From Rhina ancylostomus (lineage: Eukaryota), in contig JARFYF010000007.1 in assembly GCA_030265395.1 (NCBI GenBank), positions 26,498,226-26,562,225 of the forward strand: 64,000 bases of DNA. The letters are read 5' to 3'. Below are positions 49,646-64,000 of this stretch, one piece after another. Both the position numbers and the translations under genes were made by a program. The notes under the pieces were generated by a model. The model was given only the letters and a program-made list of their open reading frames with translations, was not told where the DNA came from and ran no database searches. Positions within the stretch are counted from its first letter, which is position 1; each line of letters starts with the position of its first letter.

Positions 49646-52600
49646 TATATACCACAGTATAATGACTACCATTTCATCATTATGAACATAAATTAGAGAA
49701 AAAGCAGTAATATCCACAAAGATTCAAACATAGCCCACAACTTTCTGAACCCAGTGCACAATCATCTGATGGTGTTTTCCCATTCAGGCTCTGAACCATG
49801 GCTGCCATTCAGAGCCCCAATTACTGTCCCACCCTAGGTCTTGATTCAAGGCTCAATTGCTATCTGTCTTCTGTTGTCTTCTAAGCCTGGTCCTCTCCCA
49901 GCTGATTTTCTTTGTGTGCTCTGCAATGGCAGAGCATGACAAGCAAAATATTTAAAGGCTCATTCGGTAGTGCCTGATTTGATAGGTCTCATTGGTGTGC
50001 TTCAGATTGATGGATTAATGGACCCCTCTGGGCACTAATAAATTTTGAGTTTCAGGAATATAATCCACACAGAACCAAAGTGATAGCCACATTTCCTCAT
50101 ATTTCAAGAAAAGCTATTTTTAAATCAAATTTTGCTGCATTATGATCAATTTTTCCTTTTTACTAATATTCGAGGTGAAATAGATTGTGATTGTTTAAAT
50201 CCATTTCATGTGATAGTTTCACAGTAATCAATAAAAGCATTCTGTTCAAAATCCTTGTTCAAACTCAGGGTTTTGCAGCAGTAAAGGACACGTTATAACC
50301 CAGTACCGTCAAATTAATTTCTGCCTATTTGCTGCTCAAAAAATATTTGCCTGAATGCAGAGCTGAAAGCACATATCAACCTGTTCATTCATAAGGTCAT
50401 CATATAAACTACTATGCTTGATTTATCTCTCATAAATTCATGGCTCAATCGCTTTTGTGCAATGAAAGAGAGAGTTGGGGTCTGTGATTGGATTTTTGTG
50501 GACATTACTGCTTTTTCTCTATGAAAGCCAGAGCATTAGATTTTAGAATTCATAAATGTAATTTGAATGATTTTTATTTGCATATTTATATTCAACAGTT
50601 ATATTAAATGAGTGTTAATTTTATCAAGGTTTTATAAAACCTTCTTGCTTGAATGTTGATAACAAAAACAGTTTGCTAATGCCAAGTGTTTTCACAGCTA
50701 TTACTCTGTATGGACATCCAAGAACAAAGAGATATCATTTCTTTTCCAGTTTTTTTTATTTCCTCTAGCTTTTTCCACCTCTTTGCAATCCTGCAAATGA
50801 TCTACAGAAGCCAGCAATGCTCCAGAGATTTTCTCAAGCAATATGTGTTTTAAATATGAGCCTGGATTGTAGAGATGGACTATTTAATTTTCGCAATTAT
50901 GGCCTACATCCTCCAAACATCACAATTTTTCCAGTTAATTATCAGGTTCAGGAATTTAGAATGACTTTTCTCCTCAAGGACACTGAGGTTAATTATAGTA
51001 TGCTGATCTCCACTCTGGATGAGATTATCTCACTGACTACAGAACAGTGATTGAAATAGCATCTTATCTGATGCCAGATTATTAAATGTGTGAAATGCTG
51101 TGGAACACTTTATTGAACACATTATACCAATACAATTCTTATTATTATACAAAGTTTTATCCATTAAATTAAAGGGCTGTAAGTTTAGTTCATTTGATTC
51201 ACATTTTTTCAGAGTTCGGAAGTTTCCAGAGTAGAAAGGAACAAAGGATAGATCTTGCTTTTTAAAGTTCCTTTGTAACTGGAGGACACCACAGAATTTT
51301 TAGTAACTAATGAATTAAAAATACTCATTTTACCAAATTTGTTATCAAACAATGTTATTAAGTCAATGCATTTCAGAAAAGATGAATAATCAGAATGCCT
51401 GTAAAGTTAATAGAAAATTGCGCAAAAGTCCAGCACAAAGAGTTTGTGGTTTATCTGAATAAATCCCATTCTGCCTGCACGTTTGCAACTTTGATCTCAT
51501 ATCTGATCTCAGGATCAACTTAGGATCACAGATCTTGTTGTCATCATTAAGAGTATCTTCATAACTGCACAAGCTCAGTCATCCAAAATTCTGTTGTTCA
51601 TCACTTACCTCACATCAAGTTCCATTTACTCTTCATCCCTATGCTACCCGACCTACTGTGACCCTGGATAAGAACTGGCTTCTTCCCTTGAAGTCACATA
51701 TACAAGTGAAGCAATCCCATTAAATCAGATGTTATAAAACAAATTAATGAACTGGAAAGGTATTGATGCAGCAATCTAATTATGCAATGTGGCTGTGTGC
51801 TATAAAATTCTTGAGCTTCACTATCACATTTTGTAGCATGACTGCAGTTACTAAATTACATTATTACTTCACAAATGACCATGGATATCAGATATTCTCC
51901 AACACATCTAAATTAAATAATTACACTGTTCAATTACAATTTGATAAGGACTTCCAGGTATCTATTGTATATTGATAACATCTAAATCCATTGAATAGAT
52001 TACTGAATTGCCAACTTTCCACTTTTTGCCTATAGTTTCCTCCATTTTATTTTTAAATTTTTCCTATAAAAGCAACAGAATATGAGAGCACATATGTAAT
52101 ATAAACACTTCATATAGTGCCATGGCAATCCTGGTGTGGCAGGCTTTCACAATTCAATGCTTAGTCCGACAGTTAAAAATACAATTTATTTAATTTAGTC
52201 TCCAAATTGCTTTANNNNNNNNNNNNNNNNNNNNNNNNNNNNNNNNNNNNNNNNNNNNNNNNNNNNNNNNNNNNNNNNNNNNNNNNNNNNNNNNNNNNNN
52301 NNNNNNNNNNNNNNAAATAAAATTTATTTAATTTAGTCTCCAAATTGCTTTATCCCACCAGACCCTTCTGACACTCATTGACTGAGTTTGCTCCTACTCC
52401 AAAACAGTCAGGCTCACTCTGGAGTGTGAGTGAGCATTAGAATTCAACTGAAATATTCTAATGAGGTCTCATAAGTAATTTATATTGAGGTATTTGACAA
52501 ATGGGTTGAGCATCCTGTTGTATTGTCCCAGACAGAAAACGTGGATTAGAGAATAGATTGTGCTTGAGTAAGGCCCTGATCATGGTTCAGCCAATGTGCC

Positions 52601-52699
52601 TAATAAAGCCAACAACAAGATCCATTATAATGGTTGTTCCCCAAAAAATGTGTTCCAGAATTCAGTGGAAGCACTTTTTTATTTTATTTATTCATTTTT

Positions 52700-53260
52700 C
52701 AGAATCTAAGTTTTATTGGCAAGGCCAGCATTTATTACCTTTCTCTAAGGGCCTTTGAGAAGTTGATGGTGAACCACCTTCTTGAACCACTGTAGTCCTC
52801 TAGTGAAGATACTCCCATAGTGCCAATGATTATAGGAGTTCAAGGTTTAGACCCAGCAACAGTGAAAGAATGATAATACATCTACGGGTCAGATTGGTGT
52901 GTGACTTGGAGGAAAACATGCAGGTGGTGATGTTTCCATGTGCATGAAGCCCTTATCCTTGATGCTAGAGGTTGCAGAGTTGGAATGGGCTGTCAGGGTC
53001 ATTGAAGTGAGTAATTGCTGTGAATTCTGTAGATGGTGCACACTGCAGTGCCAGTGTTGAAGAGAATCAATGTTTAGTGTAATGTATAAGGTAGCAATCA
53101 AGTAGGCTGCTTTGTCCTAGATGGAAATGTGCGTGTGTATTGCTGGAGCTGCACCCATTCCGGCAAGTGGAGGATATTCCATCACTCTCCTGTTTTGTGC
53201 CTTGTACATGTTGGAAAAGCTTTGGTGTGTTAGCCACTCACCTCGGGATACACAACCTCT
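52700..53260 (-). mobile_element. 3' end of the 39130-41780 LINE family, inverted
   Basis: Reverse-complement similarity to 41200-41770. Confidence 0.7.
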
Positions 53261-56200
53261 GGCCTTCTCTTATTGCCACTAGCTGTGTGATTACTATGTA
53301 CCTGACAAAACTGAACACAGCATGTTTTTCAAAATTTGAAAAAGAAATCACTTTACATTATTAATATTTTGAAATACAATCTCAACCTTTCTCTTTACCA
53401 ATGTCTCCTTTTTATGCCATCCATTAAACCCTCCAGTTTGATCAAGCTTGATGAAGGTTCAATGTCAATCCTTATTTAAGTACATTTTTGTGAATCACCT
53501 TTGGATGTTTTCCTTTGCTCCAGAAATGCAAGCTGTTGATGTTTAAGTACAGGAAATATGTATATTATGCCAGGCAACGATGCAGAAAAGAAAGCATGAT
53601 TCTGACTGTACCACCAATCAATGAGATTATCTGTTCTTGCAGGGGCAGGCCCAATCATCTGGTTATACAAATATCAACTGAACAAAATGCTGATTATAGT
53701 TCTGGGATTTCCCTACCTAATGCTTAGCAGCAGTTCTAAAAGACTTTCCACAACACTCCCAGAGGAACTAGACAACAATTCGGCTTTGCTACTATTGCCT
53801 CTAATTTAGATCTTAGTCTACCCACAGTTTAATAATTTAGAGGATATACCCACTACTTTCTACATGGTGGCTAGTATGGCCTATCTGGTGACACTTGGTA
53901 ATCTATACATTTTTCTGTGCTGTATTTGATTCTGTGAAGTATGTATCAATACAGGAACAGTTATTAGTGTAAAAAATGGTCAGTTGGTTCGTAGATGTTT
54001 ATTTATTCTGGTTTCTTCTGAAAAATATGTCTTTATCTTCAGATTTTGTAACCTTTCTATGACCTTTGTCACTGTAGTTGTGTCTGTAATTTTTGTCTCT
54101 TTCTCAGGCAGTTTCTTCCTAATACTGCTATTTTCACTACATTGTATTCTTGCCACTGTGACATTCTACATCTAAATGCGAGGGATCCAGCTTTTGTTTG
54201 TAAGCATTGATTACCTCAGCTCTTTACTTTGTTCCCAGAGGTGCTACCTTGAGTCTGTAGCTAATGTGACAAAAAAGCACCTTGAATATATGCTGAATGG
54301 GTGCTTGGTAGAGCACTGATTAATAGCACAAGGGCCTCTCACCTGCTGTAAACAATGGAACAAATGATTCTATGCTTTGCCCATATCTAATAGTGGTAAC
54401 AAAGGTGGTCTGGGCACTGAAAGAAACCTGAAGTCAGCTCAATTACATAAAACCACTGAGCTACCTTGATGTCTTCCTATTCCCCTCAGGTCTCTTTAAA
54501 TTAGCCTGCCCATTCCATATAGTCTTTTCTTATTCTTTAGTGTTCTAAACAAGCAAGCAGATCAAAGTGAATCACATCAGATAAAGGGATCACCAGAGAG
54601 GCAATAACATAGTAATCAGGTTGTATGTCTCTTTAGCAGTGTTTGTATTAATCGGTCTGTCTATATGGCTATTTGTATAGGCTGTTAGCCATGTGCAGGT
54701 TAATTTATATATCAAACAAAACTCATGTTTTCTATTCAGACCTTAATAACAAACATTGTAGCTTGTCATCATTAAAGGGCTTCAGTGTGCAAAGCACATG
54801 AAAAACCAAACTAGTTAGACTCTCTATCTGTTTGTAGGCCAGTTGGCTGAAGACCAGGGCGCTATTTGCATTGCATGTTGGAATTCTCTTTCACACACTT
54901 GGAAAAGGCATCCATGGACTTTATACTGCTCTCTGTCCATCCATGCATTGCAAATTACAACACTTTTTGAGCTTAACAAGGGAAACTTTCAAGGTTACTG
55001 CTTCTTATAGTTATCCATTAACCCTCCTAGAAATACAATTAGTGAACCCATTTACACTAATATTCTCAATACCTAACAAAGTGGATCATACTCCCTATCC
55101 TAAGACCTCGACAGCTGTCAGACTCTAGACCACTGTTTTTAAATGAAGTTGATAGAAACATTTAAAAACCATGAAATTAGATTTAAACAAAGTTAAAAAT
55201 AAAAATCATTTAAATTAAAATAAGTTTATTGAAATCCCATCAAAACAGTAAAAAAGTACATTTAGGGTGAGAGAGGGAAAGTTTAAAGGAGGGGCAGGTT
55301 CTTTTACACAGAATAATGGGTGCCGGGATGATGGTGAAGGCAGATATGAGGTGTTCAAGAGGCTCCTAGATGGGCACATGAATATGCAGAGAATGGAGGG
55401 GTATGGACCAGGTGCTAGCAGAAGAGTTCAGGTCTCATTAACTTAATTCGTTTGGCACAATATGGTGGGCCATAGGGTCTGTTTCTGCGCTGTACTGTTC
55501 AATGTTCAAACCTATTCAAATGAAAAGGGTCACTGCTCCTTCACTAGTTCTCCCTGGCGTAAAGCTGAAATTAACCATTGCCTTCAGTGCACCAATACAA
55601 CCATCAGAATCATAGAAAGACATAGCCCACTGAGTCCATGTCAACCACCCATTTACACTAATATTACATTAATCCGATTCTTTATTCTCCCCACATTCTC
55701 TATGGACAAAAATACAACCCAACATGCATATCTTTAGCCATATAAGAAATAGAGTAGTGAGGAACAAGACCTCAAACCTGAAATAAATTTTATGGTCTGT
55801 TGGGCAGCAGTGATCCCTGCCCTTCTGTATATTTCAGAGGCATGGACTACTGATAGCAGGCACTGTGAAGCACTGGAGAGAAATCAATAATCATGTCTTT
55901 GCAAAATCTGTTGGTGGGATAATTGAACCAATATCAGCATCCTCTCCTGTGCCAACACTTCCAGCACTGAGGCCAAAATTAACCTCAGCACCAATTTTCA
56001 GGCCACATTTATTCAATGCCAAGACCAGATTCCCAAAAGTGACATTCTATTCAAGCTCCATCACAGCAAGGTATTACCAGGTAGAAGGAGAAAAAGATTC
56101 AAGGCCTCCTTTAAAAAAAAGTACGTCATTTCCATTGACTTGTGGGAATCCTAGGCTTATAATGAATCAAGATGGAGAAGACACCTTCAGAATGGTAGTG

Positions 56201-56504
56201 AGAACCTCAAGTCTATTAGTCGGGTGCATATAGAGGTTGAGCATAAATGGCAGATGGAGCACACCATTCTGTAAACTACTTTCCAGTACCTCTTTTTCCA
56301 ACTGTGGCAGAGTCTGCAGATCCCACTTTAGTCTTAACAGTCAGCTCAGAACACACAGAAGTCATCCTTGATCCCAAAGAACTGCCAAAGGATAAGCAGC
56401 CATCAGGATGCTTTCCTCAGAGAGTCACTGCTTCTCTGCTGGGCAGTAGAACAGACTATCAAGTGCCCTGACATCTGACCTTCAGGCAGCCTCGGACTAC
56501 TGTA

Positions 56505-57135
56505 TGACAGAATCAAGTTTATTATTACTGATATATGTCATGAAATGTGTTGTTTTGTGACAACAGTACAGTGCAAGATTAGACATAAAAATCACTAAGT
56601 TACCCAAAAATAAATAAATAAAATGGTGCAAAAGAGGAATAACGAGGTAGAGTTCATAGGTTCATGGACCATTAAGAAATCTGATGGCAGAGGGGAAGAA
56701 ACTGTTCCTGAAACATTGAGTGTGGATCTTCAGGCTCCCGAACCTCCTCACTGTTGGTAGTAATGAGAAGAGGGCAAGTCCTGGCTGGTGAGGGTCCTTA
56801 ATGATGGATGCTGCCTTCTTGAGGCACCACCTCTTGAAGATGTCCTCGATGATGGGGAACACTGTGCCCGTGATGGAGCTGGCTGAGTCTACAACCCCCT
56901 GCAGTATCTTTTGATCCTGCACATTGGAGCCTCCATACCCAACAGTGATGCAACCAGTCAGAATGCTCTCTGCTGTACATTTATAGAAATTTGCAAGAGT
57001 CTTTGGTGATATACCAAATCTCCTCCAACTCCAAATAAAGTAGAGCCGCTGGCACGCCTTCTTTGTGATTGCATCAATGTGTCACGCCTAGGATAGATCC
57101 TCTGAGATGTTGACACCCAGGAACTTGAAGCTGCT
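56505..57135 (-). mobile_element. Rex1/Babar-type LINE 3' fragment (related pieces at about 48740-48915 and 58885-59090)
   Basis: Peptide RWCLKKAASIIKDPHQPGLALFSLLPTVRRFGSLKIHTQCFRNSFFPSAIRFLN, the typical Rex1/Babar C-terminus. Confidence 0.85.
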
Positions 57136-59109
57136 GCGACTTCTGGTCCAAACCATTAGTTATTCATCAGCATGATTTGGCACAATATTTTGTACCTTCT
57201 TCTCCAATAGATGAAGTGCCTGATGACACTGATTGTCTAAGTTCATCCATGGAGGAAGGCCAGTGGGCAAGATAGTAAGAGTACCTGGTAATCAGAAAAA
57301 AAGGATAGAATTAGGCTATTTAGCCTCTAAAGAGGGTTTTGCCTTTTAATTAAATTATGTATCTTTACCACAGCTCTATTTGGTCACTTGATACTCTGAC
57401 CCACCAAAGATATATTGATCTCAGGGTTGCAATTAATTGTCGCTAGATCCACATCCATTTGCCAGATTTCCACTACTATCTGCACAAAAAAGTGCACGCT
57501 AAAGATTGATTGTGTCCAGAGGACTGGGTCCACTGAACCTCACCCACAGTGAGACAGTGGGCTAAATTTGAAGACCGACTGTCCTAGGTCTTTGAGTAGT
57601 GGTTTTGATGTGGGGGAGTAGTGGGGTTAACGGATGGAGGTGGGAAGGAAGGTAGTTACCTGAACTGGATATTGTTCAGGTTTGTAGATGTTTATAGAAC
57701 CCAGCTTTGTTATGTTTGTAGAACCCAGCAACACACACTTGCTCTTTCTAATCTCACAAAGGTAGAGGAACGTGACCCAGAAATTGATCAGCACCAACAA
57801 AGATGTGTTAAATCTGTTCATGATGAACCAATAAACATTTTATTGGTTCTGGTGATCAGTGTGTCAGTTTGTTATTGAATGTAGGTGGATCAGGTTATGT
57901 TGACAAATTGATGGATGGCTGTGCACATTGGGTGAAGTTGAAAGCTTGGGCTGGGGGAGTGGGCTTACTCCTAGGGTGGAGTATCTAGCGGGTGGCCTAA
58001 AGGGACTTATGTGAGTCAGGTTCACCAACCCAGCCTGTGACCTAAAGCTCACTACATTAGATGAAGTGATCTTTACAAACTTTGTTAAAGTCTGCTTCTG
58101 GATGTGTGGCCTATGGTTGGCAGCATCCTCCTACGTCTGACAGAAAATGAAGTGGCATCCAGGTGTGCATTGCATGCCTCTTGACCATAGACATCTGTGC
58201 AGTTGTACTTCAGATGCTAGGAGGGCCTAGAATGAAAATCACCAACCTTGTGCAGCTTACTTGGTCCTTAATTTCAGTTATATTTAATTTTTCATTGAAG
58301 TTATACTCCGGTGCACAAAATGTGGCACAACATGATACAGTTTGAAGATACCTTTTGGATCTCTTTGGCTGTGTACTTAGACAGTTATTATCCAGCTGCA
58401 GCACACCATCTGACTGCTGATGAGGCTTAGTCCTCTGATCAATAACCAGCCATTTGATGTCCATTCAGTGAATCATCAATTTCCATGGAACACCCATTCA
58501 AACAAATAATAACGGAAATCTAGAACTCTCTACAAACAGCTGCAGATCTTAGGGCAATTGTTTACAAAGTGAAAGAATATTACTGATGGGTTATGTACAG
58601 TCTGCACAGTCAATTCAGCTTATTGAGTCATGGCTATGAGCAAAAATACTTGAACAGGTGAATACATAAAAAGACGTGAAAGGCAATACAACAGATAAAT
58701 AAAATCAGGTTATTGCAGAATACTTCAATTATGAGTTTTTAATCACAGAAATTTGGTTACTAAGAAAAAAATAATAGAGAAGAATCTTAGAAAAACCTCC
58801 AGAAAGATCAATGATCTCTCTCTCTGTATGGATGCTGTCTAACTTGCTGGGGGAAAAGACATTTTCTTCCTTGTTTGACAATTAGTATTTGCATTGGTTT
58901 ATTATTGACACATGTACCAAGATATAGTGAAAAGTTTTTGTTTTGCATGCCATCCAGACAGATCATGCTATATATAATTGCACTGAGGTAGTACAAAGAG
59001 AACAGAGTGCAGATTATAATCTTGCAATTACAGAGAAAGTGCAGTGCAGGTAAACAAATAAAGTGCAAGGTTCACAATGAGGTAGAGAGGAGATCAAAAG
59101 TTCATCTTT

Positions 59110-59830
59110 CAGCAATTTACTGGAGTTCCTTGAAGAAATAACATGCTTAATACATAAAGGGGAACTAGTGGGTGTAATCTATTTAGATTTCCAGAGGAAT
59201 TTGATAAGATGCCTCTTCAAAGTTTATTGCAGGAAATAAATGCATATAATGTAGGAGGTGATATATTGATGTGGATGGAGGATTGGCTGACTGGTTGACT
59301 GATAGGAAAAAGAGTCTTGTGGCTGCAGCAAGCTTTATTGCATCCCTCACCTTGTATTGTGCCAGTTGGCAGCATTCACTTGTTGATATCTCCTTGAACT
59401 TAGTTGATGATCTTTCAGCAGCAGTTAGTATTAGAAAGTTGGATAGGCAAGGCTTGTATCTGCTGGAATTTAGAAGGGTGAGAGGTTTTAATTGAAACGT
59501 GTTAGTCCTGAATGGTCTTGACAGAGTGGATGTGGAGGGATTATTTCCCCTTGTGGAAGATTCCAGAGCCAGGAGGGCACAATTGAAAATTAAGACAGAG
59601 ATGGAATGAAATGTTTTCTCTCAGAGAGTTTTTGGAATTTGTTTCCTCAAAGGAAGGTGGAAGTGAAGTCTTTTAATATTTTTAAGACTTGGGAATATGA
59701 GTCTTGATAAGCAAGGAAATGAAAGGCTACTGCGGTGAGAGAGGATGCAGAATTGGGGTCACTCACGTCAACCATGATCTTACTGAATGGTGGAACATAC
59801 CCAAGTGGCCCGTTGGCCTGCTCCTACTCA
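59110..59830 (+). mobile_element. Decayed CR1 fragments
   Basis: atctatttagatttccagagg...tttgataag (RT YLDFxKAFDK-like), KLDRQGLYLLEFRRVRG, and a CR1 tail. Confidence 0.7.
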
Positions 59831-61159
59831 CATTTTATTTCCAAATCCCTGTATTCACAGCTTTTTATTTTTGTGAGAAACAGCAGCTGCAGAGCATCAG
59901 ACTGTGATAGCCTCAATATTATCAGAATTTCATCCATGATAGCATCAGTAATTATGATAGGTTTTCAGTGAAATGTGAATCTCATATAACAAATTTCATA
60001 TACAGTTAGTAGTGCGATTCTGCTGAGCGAGAAACTGCTGAAATGCTTAGTAACTTTCTTAAACATTAATTAGTTGAAGGCATTCAGAAGTACATTTATT
60101 TTGTTTTTTATTAAAATTTTACTGCCCCAATTATTAATTAGCATCATCTATGCACAGGTGGGAGGATGACTGCTATACTCCTGAGAAGAGATGGAACCAC
60201 TATCTCTGTCCTGAGATGCAGCCTCAGCTATCCTTGTAACCTGTTGGAGGACAGATTGCTGGACTGCTATGAAAACCAGTAAGTCCCCTTTCACACAATA
60301 GTCCATGGCTTTGATGCCAGCAGCATGACTTAGCACTGGCATTAAGCTAATTCTTCCTTAGCATTTGTCTAAATTTCCACCACAGCACTCTGACTTGGGG
60401 TCTGCCACTTGAGGTGCAATGAAAGCTGAGACATTGTCAGATGCTACATCATAATTTGGATCACCAGTATGTGAATGGAGCCATCCACCATTTCCATGCT
60501 TCTTAGCTGTGCACAAAGTCCTGTGCCAGGTTGCTGCCAGAGTACTTCATGTTCCCTGACATAAAATGCAAGTGTTTTGGCAAGTTTCTCAATGCACCAT
60601 TGTGTATTCCCATGACGTCTTCATCTAAATCCTCTGTGAGGCTGGCTTTGCTTTACTTTACTTCACCATCTCACCTTTCTATATTCATGGCATCTTCCAA
60701 TATGAAGATCCTGCCTTCAGCTAACATTTAAACAATATCAGTTTCTAAAATGGTGGCTAGGCATTTCAAACTGAGGGATGGTGAGCCTTCACAATCATTG
60801 ATATCTTGCTGCTCCTGCATTGCCAGCCAAAGAGCAGCAGCTGGGTCTGAAAAAGTAAAAGTGCAAGGTTGTGGCACTGAGCTGGTTTGTGGAAGGAAAT
60901 AAGAATGTCACATCTTCTGGACATCAGTGGAAGTGGAATCTGAGAAGGAGAATTAAGTTACAGGATATGATTATCTTCAGTGCTTTTCTCAATGGAGTTT
61001 CCAATTATATAGAAACGTGTAGTCCTGCAAAGGAAAGGGAAATGTATTAGTGAGTGTAATACAATAGATTTTAGTGATATATTTAATATGTTTCAATAGT
61101 TGACAGTGTATGCCAGGTGTGAAGCTTCTAATAGTAGTAAATGTAAGAAGATTTGGAAG

Positions 61160-62990
61160 AATAAATGGATCATTTTCAATTGGCAGTTAGCATGAATGAT
61201 CAGTGCTTGGATCTAGGTATTTATACTCTATAATATGTAGGGACTAACTACAATGTGCTGATAGTACAAAATTAGGTGAGAAAATGTGCCATGAGGGAAA
61301 TACAAAGGGATTTAGACAGGTTAAATGAATGGGTAATAAAAAGGGGCACATGGAGAAAAATGTGAGCTATTGTGAGATTATTCACTTTGGTAGGAAAAAT
61401 AGTAAAACAGAATATCTTTTAACTGTACAGCATCTATTAAATGTTGTTTTGCAGACAAGTTTGGGTCCCCTTGCTCATGAATCACAGAAAGTTAACAGAT
61501 ACAGCCAGCAGTGTTGAAGGTATATAGGCCTTCATTGAATGATGGTTGAAGTTTAAGAGTAAATAAATCTTATTATATTTATGTGAGACTCTGCTGAGAC
61601 CATACCTGAAGCATTGTGTACAATTTTGGTCTCCATGTCATAGGAAGGATATACTTATCTTAATGGGAGCAACCGAAAGTTTTACTAAATTGATTTCAAG
61701 GATGAGAGGGTTGTCCAATGAGGTTAATAGAAAGTGCCTGTTTTCCCTGGAGTTTAAAGGAATGAGGGTTGATCTCATTGAAATGGATAAAATTCTAAAG
61801 GAGCATGTCAGGGTGGCTCCTTTGCCTTTATTCTAGAACCAAGGGCATAGACATCAGATATTTAGGATTAAAGTTATTTTCTCCAGAGGGCTGTGGTGAG
61901 TCTTTAGATGCTCAGTTGTTCAATACATTCAACTATGTATTGAACAACTGAGCAAATAACTGTGGAATTCAAGGAAATTAATACATATGGGGTTCAGACG
62001 GAAAAGTGGATTTTAGGTTGAAGATGAACCATGATTCTGTTGAATGGCAGAGCAAGTTTGAAGGGCCATAACAGGGACACTCAGATCTCTGTGATCAACA
62101 ATACCTTTCAGTCACTTACGATTTANNNNNNNNNNTTTTCTATGTTTTTCTACCAAGGTGGATGGCCTCACAATTTTTCACATTATATTCCATCAGCCAT
62201 GTACTCACCCATTCACTTACCCTATCCATTCTCTCCTGAAATCTCTCTGCATCACAACTCACAATGCCACCCAGCTCTGTATCATCAGTAATCTTGGATA
62301 TTATTGTACCTGGTCCTCTCTTTCAGATCATTGACATAGACTTTGAAAATGTGGGCCCTGATCCCTGTGGCACCCTGTGGACACAGTCTCTCAACCCAGA
62401 ATGATCTGTTTATTCCTACTGTTTTCTGCTGTTAACTAATCTGTAAACCGTGCCATTATTTATACTATCCTCCCACCTCATCTCATGCCCTTTAATGTTG
62501 TCTACTAATCTCTTGTGTAGCACTATATTTAAGGTTTCTAAACATCCACATACACATCTACTGATTCCTCTTTATATATTCTGTTAGGTACAACCTCAAA
62601 AACTCTAAAAGCTTTGTCAGGTATGATTTCCCGTTCACGAATTCATTTTGACTGCCCAATCCTATCATTATTTACTAAGTGTCCTGTTACCATGCCCTTA
62701 ATAATAGATACCGGCATTTTCCCTACAACTGACATCAGGCTAACTGGTCTATAGTTCCCTGTTTTCTTTCCCCTCCTTTCTCAAACAGTGAGATTACCTT
62801 TGCTACCTGCCAATGTGAGGGAAGCATTTTAGAATCTATGAAAGATAGCACCCAGTCCATCCACTATTTCCATAGTGGCCTCCTTAAAACCTTCGGCAAA
62901 GGTCATCAGATCCCGGGAATTTATTTGTTTTAGTCCCATTAATTTCTCCAGTGTTTCATTTTAATAATGCTAATTTCTTTCAGCTTCTTG
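61160..62990. mobile_element. Two opposed CR1 fragments (+ about 61160-62065; - about 62135-62990)
   Basis: CEIIHFGRKN peptide and CR1 tail on +. On the minus strand, gggaactatagaccagttagcctgatgtcagttgtagggaaaatg (NYRPVSL motif). Confidence 0.75.
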
Positions 62991-64000
62991 TTAACTCTAT
63001 AGTTTTTCTCTACTTTTTGAATTTTAATTGGATTTTTCTGTAGTCCAATCATCAAATTCACCTCATTGCATTAAGTCTGAAATAGAACAAATTATTTCTG
63101 ACCTACATAGCCAAACATCCAGAGGAATCTGTAAAAAAAAATGCCACTCCACTCCATATTTGAATGTATTCATGCATCTGCCAGTGCTACAGCACCACAA
63201 TTGAATTTAAAGAGTTACAAATGACATAAAAATCAAGAAAAATGCAAATGCTGGAATTCTGAATAAAAATGTCTTATGAATGGTCTTCACCTGAAATGTT
63301 AACTGTTTCTCTTTCCACAGATGCTTTCTGAGGTACTGAGTGCTTCCAGCATTTTCTGTTTTTATTACTGATGACATCCTCTTTGCCTGCAATTATGATA
63401 CACACTCTCCCCTTATCCATGTGATTTCTCTGCAGTCTTTGACACTAAAGACTGNNNNNNNNNNNNNNNNNNNNNNNNNNNNNNNNNNNNNNNNNNNNNN
63501 NNNNNNNNNNNNNNNNNNNNNNNNNNNNNNNNNNNNNNNNNNNNNNNNNNNNNNAAGACTGTGAGTTTTTTTTCCAAAGCTTCTCCTTTGTTAATTCACA
63601 CACAACCACAGGGTTTCATCCATGAATTAGAGGTAGCATTTAAACAAATGAGATATGATCCAAGACACTGTGAGCAAAGACAAAGCAAATCATGAAAGGT
63701 CATGTTTTTAAATTTAGTAGTAAAGGTACTAGGTCCAAGGTCATTACTTTAACCATAGTTTTCTGACCAAATATTTTTCCAGTCTTACAGCAGGCAAGTT
63801 ATTATCAGAAAGGTTATTACACTTCTGGGTTCTACTGTACAATTAAATATTAGCCAGTGTTCGATCTGAGCTAACAAATGCCATTTAACAGATGCATGAG
63901 CTAAATACTAAATAAAGGCCTTCTTCAACAAGAAAACACCCAATCATCACTGTTGAAGGAGTGCATAGTCTGCTAGCACTTGCAATGTCAATCCATTGCC

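Noticed and set aside
49787-49817. Hairpin GGCTCTGAA-N12-TTCAGAGCC
   Set aside because: A single 9-bp stem is expected by chance in 64 kb and is too short for a pre-miRNA.

Overview
This is vertebrate nuclear genomic DNA. It is most likely from a cartilaginous fish, inferred from the repeat content (CR1, Penelope-like, RTE and Rex1/Babar LINEs, tRNA-derived SINEs, pogo/Tigger-like MITEs). Two complete spliced protein-coding genes can be rebuilt by hand, lying tail-to-tail as in human. MTIF3 (+ strand) has 3 coding exons at 9294-11889, encodes 272 aa, and has a CpG-rich promoter near 5.5 kb. GTF3A/TFIIIA (- strand) has 9 coding exons at 32950-12477 and encodes 388 aa with nine C2H2 fingers. 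Positions 33.3-64 kb contain no recognisable gene, only decayed transposons and a few repeat-free, motif-rich stretches. I found no convincing wholly new system. The best leads are: overlapping MTIF3/GTF3A 3' ends; a SINE-derived candidate 5'UTR exon that would put an overlapping uORF on MTIF3; a solo LTR with a sense-oriented CCAAT/TATA in GTF3A intron 1; decayed minimal hammerhead-ribozyme folds in Penelope-derived repeats; and unusual features in the TFIIIA N-terminus and finger 1. Repeat boundaries and family names are by-eye estimates; no database search was run.
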